Made by a program: the position numbers and the translations under genes. DNA of 31,167 nt, counting the filler, from an uncultured virus (IMG/VR IMGVR_UViG_2061766007_001353) (taxonomy: Duplodnaviria; Heunggongvirae; Uroviricota; Caudoviricetes). It is 2 parts of one record of this genome, joined end to end, with 100 filler letters (N's around TTAATTAATTAA, not from the genome) between each part and the next. Parts side by side here need not be neighbours in the genome. Positions count along the whole stretch, not along the records: positions 1 to 29,461 come from IMGVR_UViG_2061766007_001353; positions 29,562 to 31,167 come from IMGVR_UViG_2061766007_001353. One strand, written 5' to 3'. This document shows, in pieces, positions 24,880 through 31,167 of this stretch. Numbering within the stretch: position 1 is the stretch's first letter; the number at the start of each line of letters is the position of its first letter. A model generated the notes under the pieces. It saw only the letters and a list, made by a program, of their open reading frames with translations, had not been told where the DNA came from and searched no databases.

Positions 24880-26517
24880 ATGAGTATAAGACAGGCATTA
24901 ACTTCTAGCACTGCTGCGTATATAGCAGGTAATAAATACTCTGTGGAAAATCTTGGTCAGTCTGTTGATTCAGATACACCACTAGTAGACGCTAGACTAC
25001 ATTTAAAAGATGGTACATTATTAAGTAAGAGTGGGATATATACAAATTTTGTTACAGAAATGGAGAAAAAGTATACAGAAGCACTTGCTAATGTTGCTAC
25101 GGAATATAACATAGTAACACAAGGTAGTTTGACTAATACAGATGGTGTTCTAAGCGGGTTTAGCACAAGTAACTATGCAAGTTTACCTACGACGTTTAAC
25201 CCATTATCTGATACGTGGGAATTTAATTTTAAGATTACAACTGGTACACTAGGTACTCCACAAATGTATTTTTCACGTACTGATAACACATATTATGGTG
25301 TAGTTCTTGGTATTGCTAATACCTCGAAATTATACATGGCTGTTGCTTCGGGTGCATCTACTTTAATCAGTGAAATAGAGGGAAATACAACCTTGACAGC
25401 AAATACAACATACTATGTAAAAGCTGAATTTACTGGAAGTGCTTATAATTTGTATTTATCAACAGACGGTACTACTTACAACTCCGAAATTACAATTACA
25501 TCCTCAACACCGATATTTTCGTCAGCAACAGCAACACTTATCGGTTTACAAAATACGTCTATAGGAAGACCATTTTTAGGGACTATAGATTTATCAGGTT
25601 GTTACATTAAGATTAATGATGTTTTATGGTGGTCTGGTACAAGCCAAATATTAGACGGTTTTTGCACAGAAGAAGAATGGCAAGATTCTAATTCTCGTTT
25701 TGGGTGTTGTGGTTGTTATGTCGTTGATACTACTAACCATACTGTTAGACTTCCAAAAGTAAGTGAAGATAATGACAGGTATTTGATTAAGGCTTATACA
25801 AGTAATGGTATAACTTGTAGAATATACTCCGATGGTTGGTGTGAGCAAGGTGGGATAGCTGCTACACAGACAAATGGCTATGCGTATATAACATTGCTAA
25901 AATCTTATGCTGAAACTAACTATACTAGATTAGTAACTATCGGTAATAGAAATGATAACACTACTTGGGCTATCTATCCAGCAGATAAATATACTGCAGG
26001 ATTTAATGTTTGGTCACCTGTAACTGGTTATAATTTATTGTTTGATTGGTACACAGAAGGTTATGTAACTTTACCAACTCAAACACCAGCGAAAAAATAT
26101 AGCTATGTATGTGTTGCAACTTCTGTAAAACAACCAGCAGTTGTAGAAATAGATAATATTGTAACAGATTTAAATGGTAAAGCAGATGTAGACTTAAGTA
26201 ACTGTACAAGACCTCATATAATTGATTATTATGTTAATGATACGAGCGGTTACGTAGTTTACTCTAATGGTTATTGTGAACAATGGGGATATACTAATTT
26301 AACACTTACAACTACTGTTAATCTGTTAAAGACATATACGGATACATCTTACAATGGTGAAGTAACTGAAGCTGGTAATACTAGTTCAGGCTATGGTCAA
26401 GCTAACTGTAGATTTTATGCAAATTCGGGAAACCAAATTACCGTAATAAGTGGTATGGGTTCAGCATGGGCTGTTTACTGGCATACTTGGGGTCAATTAG
26501 CAGAAGGAGAATATTAG
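24880..26517 (+). CDS. Tail fibre / receptor-binding protein with a LamG/ConA-like domain and two gp53-like (H-type-lectin-like) tip domains
   Basis: Thr/Ser/Gly-rich; beta-sandwich region ending PFLGTIDL; YSDGWCEQGG and YSNGYCEQWG repeats; RBS AAGGGAAAGGA. Confidence 0.75.
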   Translation: MSIRQALTSSTAAYIAGNKYSVENLGQSVDSDTPLVDARLHLKDGTLLSKSGIYTNFVTEMEKKYTEALANVATEYNIVTQGSLTNTDGVLSGFSTSNYASLPTTFNPLSDTWEFNFKITTGTLGTPQMYFSRTDNTYYGVVLGIANTSKLYMAVASGASTLISEIEGNTTLTANTTYYVKAEFTGSAYNLYLSTDGTTYNSEITITSSTPIFSSATATLIGLQNTSIGRPFLGTIDLSGCYIKINDVLWWSGTSQILDGFCTEEEWQDSNSRFGCCGCYVVDTTNHTVRLPKVSEDNDRYLIKAYTSNGITCRIYSDGWCEQGGIAATQTNGYAYITLLKSYAETNYTRLVTIGNRNDNTTWAIYPADKYTAGFNVWSPVTGYNLLFDWYTEGYVTLPTQTPAKKYSYVCVATSVKQPAVVEIDNIVTDLNGKADVDLSNCTRPHIIDYYVNDTSGYVVYSNGYCEQWGYTNLTLTTTVNLLKTYTDTSYNGEVTEAGNTSSGYGQANCRFYANSGNQITVISGMGSAWAVYWHTWGQLAEGEY

Positions 26518-26518
26518 T

Positions 26519-26968
26519 ATGGAACTTAAAGAAACATTAAATAAACCATATACAAAAGAGCAAAAGAATAGTTTTATCATAAAGTATCAGTATAACTATG
26601 ATGTTAGAGATACAGATGTAGCTTTAGAAGCTTGGGGTTATACTGATCAAGAGATAGCAGAACAGGAACAAGAACGAATCGGTGACTTACATATGACTCG
26701 TGGCGACTTCTTTGAAGCTATGTTATATGCTAAGCAAGTAGGAAAATCCCAACTAAGAGCATTAATTGAAAATTCTGAGTCAATTCCAGCAGCACTAAAA
26801 CCGATTTACTTAAACAGGTTTGATGAAGCAGGTAACTTTTACCGTAAATATCCAGTATTTGATTTACTTTGTGAAGAATTGGGTATCACTACACAACAAT
26901 TAGATAACTTCTTTAAATCAAAAGATTGGCATGATTTACTCCCAGTAGATAATAGTGAGGAAGAATAG
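26519..26968 (+). CDS. Tail fibre assembly/chaperone-like protein
   Basis: Directly after the fibre; L.KPYT and AWGYT motifs, GITTQQLDNFF end. Confidence 0.6.
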   Translation: MELKETLNKPYTKEQKNSFIIKYQYNYDVRDTDVALEAWGYTDQEIAEQEQERIGDLHMTRGDFFEAMLYAKQVGKSQLRALIENSESIPAALKPIYLNRFDEAGNFYRKYPVFDLLCEELGITTQQLDNFFKSKDWHDLLPVDNSEEE

Positions 26969-27390
26969 TGGAAATTAAAGGTATACTAGATAAACCTTAT
27001 ACTGACTTAGAAAGGTTAAAGTTCATTACAGAAAATAAAGGTTGTTCTTTTAGAGAAGAAAAAGATGAGCTACAAGCATGGGGTTACACTGATAAAGAAT
27101 TAGCAGAAAAAGAGAAACAAGAAAAGTTAGCTACTTTAAAGATAACTAAAAGAAACTTTTTCTTATATGTAGCTAAACAGTTTAATATAAAGTATTGTGA
27201 TATGGTAGATAAAATAAAAGAAGACGATACTTTATATGCATGTTATGACGGTTGTGACTACATATTTAAACAGGATAAAGAACTTGTAAGTTCTTTAAAA
27301 TCAGTAGTAAGTTCTTTATCTAGTAACTTTAATAATAAAAAATTCGATAATTTGTTAGATAATGCTTTTGAAGAGCACAATGTAATATAA
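26968..27390 (+). CDS. Paralogous tail fibre chaperone-like protein
   Basis: Shares L.KPYT, AWGYTD.E.AE and (M/I)T(R/K)..FF with the upstream gene. Confidence 0.6.
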   Translation: MEIKGILDKPYTDLERLKFITENKGCSFREEKDELQAWGYTDKELAEKEKQEKLATLKITKRNFFLYVAKQFNIKYCDMVDKIKEDDTLYACYDGCDYIFKQDKELVSSLKSVVSSLSSNFNNKKFDNLLDNAFEEHNVI

Positions 27391-27406
27391 TAATGAGGAA
27401 GATAAA

Positions 27407-27583
27407 TAGGTTGAAAGTCCTAAAAAGAAAGTCACTTCCTAGTAAGGAATACTCTGAATACAAATAGAATTAAATAGAAGTTTAGTCTTAAAAAGTTAAG
27501 AATACCCTAAGTTCTAGGGGAATTTAAGCCTTTAGAGAACTAAAATCACTAAAGTAGCTTAAGCGAAATAGAGTTCAGTGAAG
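27407..27583 (+). ncRNA. Candidate structured RNA element with loop-loop (kissing) complementarity
   Basis: Nested stems TCACT/AGTGA and ACTCT/AGAGT enclosing hairpins; loop AGTTC complementary to loop GAACT. Confidence 0.4.
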
Positions 27584-27602
27584 ANNNNNNNNNNAAGATA
27601 AA

Positions 27603-28820
27603 ATGACAGTTAAAAACGCAACATTAAAAGATAAGAGTGGGAATACAATACATCCTATTACAAAAGGGGTATTGGTAATTAACAATGATAGTGAAAACTT
27701 AGGTGATGTAGAAGCTGGTGCACAAGTTAATACTATAGAGGGTGTACAAGTAGCAAGTTCTGATTTAACTCCAGATTCTTCTACGAAAAAAGTAAACATT
27801 CCTGTAGCTAGTGCTAATACTTACGGTGTTATTAAAGCAGAAGCTAAAACTTCAAGTGATACACAAGAAGTTAAAATAGACGCTACAACTGGTAAGTTAT
27901 ATATAGCACCTGGTGGTGGAGTACCAGTAACTAAAGCACAATATGATACCTTAGTAGCAAACAGTCAGCTAATTCCTGGTGTTGTTTATAATATTACAGA
28001 TGACGTAACAGAAGATATAACCCCAGACGCTACAAGTAGTGTAAAAGGTGTAATGAAGCTGTATAATACAGTAGGTACTAATACAGACGGTGCCATGACA
28101 CAAGCTAGTATCGAGAGTAATTATATAAATAGTAGTAATTACCTACCCGATGGCACAACAATAACAGTTGGTGCAAGTGGGGCTGACTATACGGACTTAC
28201 AAAGTGCTATTAATTTTCTTACAGGTAAGTGGAGTAGTGGTACAGTTGTAATCTCTCTAGCACAGGATACTTACACAACTTCTAATACCATTACAATTAA
28301 TGGTGCAGTATTTAATATACCAAAATTATCTATTGAAGGTAATAACTCTACTTTAAGTATCACAAATACAACTGATTGGGCTGGTGGTATATTAATACGG
28401 CAAGGTAATGTTAGAATAGAAAACTTAATAATAGATAGAAATAGCAATAAAGGTGGCAATAATACCAGAGGACTTATAATAGAAAGACCTGATACCACTG
28501 TTCTTGCAATAAATGTTACAATTCAAAATGTAGGGCAAGATGCTGCTTATGTTGCCAGTGGTGCACATTTGAATACTGAACAAACATATATTACGATGAA
28601 TTGCGGTACAGGTATATTTTGTAGTGATGGATTTTTTACAGCAGGTTATAATACATCATTTACTGGCAATAATGTAAATACGTATTTCCAAGTAGGCGGA
28701 GGGGGTTATTTGTCGTTTCATTTTGCAAGAAGAACTTTTACAAATGTTGCAAATCAAACTTCACGAACTATTGGCACTGTTGGCACTGACGGTATCATCA
28801 CAGGTGTATGGTTGAATTAG
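27603..28820 (+). CDS. Tail fibre/spike protein with a C-terminal pectin-lyase-like beta-helix
   Basis: Fibre repeats (ASANTYGVIK, ATSSVKGVMKL); TITVGASGADYTDLQSAI beta-helix cap; G/N/T-rich rungs. Confidence 0.65.
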   Translation: MTVKNATLKDKSGNTIHPITKGVLVINNDSENLGDVEAGAQVNTIEGVQVASSDLTPDSSTKKVNIPVASANTYGVIKAEAKTSSDTQEVKIDATTGKLYIAPGGGVPVTKAQYDTLVANSQLIPGVVYNITDDVTEDITPDATSSVKGVMKLYNTVGTNTDGAMTQASIESNYINSSNYLPDGTTITVGASGADYTDLQSAINFLTGKWSSGTVVISLAQDTYTTSNTITINGAVFNIPKLSIEGNNSTLSITNTTDWAGGILIRQGNVRIENLIIDRNSNKGGNNTRGLIIERPDTTVLAINVTIQNVGQDAAYVASGAHLNTEQTYITMNCGTGIFCSDGFFTAGYNTSFTGNNVNTYFQVGGGGYLSFHFARRTFTNVANQTSRTIGTVGTDGIITGVWLN

Positions 28821-28844
28821 TTAATTAATAAAAAGGGTTATAAA

Positions 28845-29186
28845 ATGGAAAAATATATTGAAAAAATACAACAAGTATTAAATTTAATAAAAATGCGTTA
28901 TGATGAAAAAATGAACGAGTTACATATTATCGGTAATTACGGTGTTAAAGGTATGTTTGCGGATAAATATGCGATTGCATATACTGCAATGCTTGATGAT
29001 GAAGCAGAGGGATTAACTCCTGTTATCAATGCCAGCGTTTATGATAAAGACGGCAAATTATTTAATCAAGATTTTACAAAAGAGGAATTTTTGACATTAT
29101 ATCGAGAAGTAAAAGTAATTGTAAAAGAAATTGAAAAGAAATATCAGCAATATTTATCNNNNNNNNNNNNNNNNNNGAAAGATTAA
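28845..29186 (+). CDS. Putative tail fibre-associated chaperone (end in gap)
   Basis: Follows the fibre gene; paralog of 29253. Confidence 0.55.
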   Translation: MEKYIEKIQQVLNLIKMRYDEKMNELHIIGNYGVKGMFADKYAIAYTAMLDDEAEGLTPVINASVYDKDGKLFNQDFTKEEFLTLYREVKVIVKEIEKKYQQYLXXXXXXXKD

Positions 29187-29252
29187 ATTACATCATTACA
29201 CATAATGAATTTTAGTTATTAAGATAGTTAATTTAAGAAAGGGTAAAGACAA

Positions 29253-29461
29253 ATGGGATTAAATGTAAATGAGTATATAGATCCAGTCCAGTTAGATCCA
29301 CAAGCACAGTATAGAATGAAGTTAAATGAAGTATTTGGCTTAATTGGTGCTAGATACGAAGATGAGTTAAATAAAGAATATAACTTTGAACAAAACAATG
29401 AAGTTGTATATAAAATTAAACCAATGTTTGCAAGTAAATACAGTATAGCTTATACAGCAAT
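29253..29461 (+). CDS. Paralog or variant of the 28845 protein (truncated by gap)
   Basis: RY.DE.N and K.MFA.KY.IAYTA shared. Confidence 0.55.
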
Positions 29462-29561
29462 NNNNNNNNNNNNNNNNNNNNNNNNNNNNNNNNNNNNNNN
29501 NNNNNTTAATTAATTAANNNNNNNNNNNNNNNNNNNNNNNNNNNNNNNNNNNNNNNNNNNN

Positions 29562-30071
29562 ATTTTCTCTCCAACGTGTAGGTATTATTAAGAACACGTC
29601 TTTCGCATTCGCAGTATCTAGTATTTTACAAGTCCATTTTTCATATTCACTGTATGGTGGATTACAAAAGATATATTCTACTGGTTTATCTATTAGCATA
29701 GTAGTATTGAAATCTGTACCTAAAACAATAACGTCTTTATCTAATTTTTGTAGTAATGTAGTACTCTTCTCAATAACATAGTATTCAGATAAATATACTT
29801 GTGCTTTTCTAACATTTATCACATTTACTAAACCTTTTTCGTATTTCTCAACTTCATTATTATATAATCGGTCTTGCTGATTTACAAACTCGTTAAAATA
29901 CTTTTTAAAATTACAAGTTCCACAACCTATGTCTAAAATATCTATATCTTTACTACAACTAGTATTGTTTAAATAGTCGAAAATAACTTTTACCATTTCT
30001 TTAGTTGTAGGGTAAAATTCAAAATCCTCGTTATTCTCTTTTAGTTCTTTTATTAGTGCTTGTGTACTCAT
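29562..30071 (-). CDS. Class I SAM-dependent DNA amino-methyltransferase, N-terminal part (DUF4942-type; truncated by gap)
   Basis: FEFYPT, ILDIGCG, IFCNPPYS and IIP.RW motifs; RBS AAAGGA. Confidence 0.8.
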
Positions 30072-30145
30072 ATTATTTGTCCTTTTAATTTACTATTTCA
30101 TTATAATTATACTATACTAGTATTTACTTGTAAAATTCTATGTAA

Positions 30146-30544
30146 CTACAATTTTATTAATTCTAATTTTTCGCCACAATGACAAGAGTAGTACCCAATC
30201 TCATATTTAGGTTTTCTGCTATAATAGTAAACTCTCCCACAATGTAAACATCTCATTATGTATTTTGCTTTTTGTTCTCTCTTAATTTGTTTTGAGATAC
30301 TGACTATCTTTTTAGCGTCTTTGCGTATCTGTTGTTTTTCGTCCTCAGTTTCACACAAAGATAAATCCCAACGTATTAATCCCTCTCCACCGTCATGTAA
30401 TTCATTTACATTACATTCTACAATGCTGATTAAATTACTTAAATCATTTTCTTGTCCGTCCTCTGCTACTGCTACCATATAACAATACATAGTAGGTAAA
30501 GAATACAGATCCTTATATAATTTACTAGGATTATCTAAATACAT
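30146..30544 (-). CDS. Hypothetical protein with a C-terminal SprT-like zinc ribbon
   Basis: GGAGG-6nt-ATG at 30544; KYIMRCLHCG...YSCHCGEKL; no HExxH. Confidence 0.6.
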   Translation of the reverse strand: MYLDNPSKLYKDLYSLPTMYCYMVAVAEDGQENDLSNLISIVECNVNELHDGGEGLIRWDLSLCETEDEKQQIRKDAKKIVSISKQIKREQKAKYIMRCLHCGRVYYYSRKPKYEIGYYSCHCGEKLELIKL

Positions 30545-30545
30545 G

Positions 30546-30664
30546 CTAGTCCTCCAAAATCTTATCAAAAATACCTCTAATATTACTTATTTGTTTATCA
30601 ACTTTATCCTGTGCAATAAACTCTTTGTATGTGTTATGGTGTCTAAAATCAGATAAATTTATTA
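30546..30664 (-). CDS. 3' end of a minus-strand gene (partial); variant copy at about 30675-30820
   Basis: Reads NLSDFRHHNTYKEFIAQDKVDKQISNIRGIFDKILED*; the region is repeated with SNPs after the gap. Confidence 0.5.
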
Positions 30665-31167
30665 NNNNNNNNNNAACCCTTATATAATTTACTAGGGTTA
30701 TCTAAATACATACTAGTCCTCTAAAATCTTATCAAAAATACTTCTAATATTGTCTAATTGTTTATCAACTTTATCCTGTACAATAAACTCTTTGTATGTG
30801 TTATGATGTCTGAAATCAGANNNNNNNNNNNNNNNNNNNNNNNNNNNNNNNNNNNNNNNAATTCTACTTGCATAACTGTATCTCCTTTTTATTACTACTT
30901 ATTTATATTATACGCTCAAAAATTTTTTAAGGTTCCCTCGAAACTTTTACATGAGATTATAAGGTTTCTTTACAATCTTCTTCAANNNNNNNNNNCTAAT
31001 TTAGCAGGTTGTATTGCAGATATACTAACTTGCTTCTGATTATTTTCGTTAACAACGTTAGAAATATCAGAGTTTCCGTCAACTTTACACAAAATGTNNN
31101 NNNNNNNACTAGCCCAAGTATAACCACTTCTTGTATCTAAAGTAGTTACCCAAGTTCCAGTTGTTGG

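Noticed and set aside
23860..26517. Diversity-generating retroelement (TR/VR pair) in the duplicated tail fibre
   Set aside because: Differences include T/C and C/G changes and a whole-domain swap, so they are not adenine-specific. There is no reverse transcriptase in the window.
1..31167. Stop-codon reassignment (alternative genetic code)
   Set aside because: Core genes are full length under the standard code, and TAA, TAG and TGA all end genes.

Overview
AT-rich segment of a large dsDNA bacteriophage, assembled as a metagenomic scaffold with many N gaps. At several gaps two slightly different strain alleles have been written one after the other. The + strand carries a replication, recombination and nucleotide-metabolism module: the end of a family A DNA polymerase, a T5 A1-like metallophosphoesterase, dNMP kinase, HAD phosphatase, ATP-dependent ligase, an SSB-like protein, RuvC-like resolvase, RecA/UvsX, dUTPase and ThyX. 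There are four adenine/amino DNA methyltransferase loci, two paralogous Cys/Thr 8-aa-repeat genes, and a tail-fibre/chaperone module. A convergent minus-strand block starts near 29.5 kb. Operons are bounded by hairpins and by sigma70-type TTGACA-N17-TAnnnT promoters, many carrying RCATGY boxes. The most striking unexplained element is an ORF-free ~760-nt transcription unit (20501-21262) with its own promoter and terminator. By eye it folds into two ornate RNA domains, with a 22-bp closing helix, G-U pairs, a GNRA loop and candidate pseudoknots, making it a candidate large phage non-coding RNA. A second structured RNA candidate with a kissing loop lies at about 27407-27583. All calls come from reading motifs and base pairing by eye; no searches were run.
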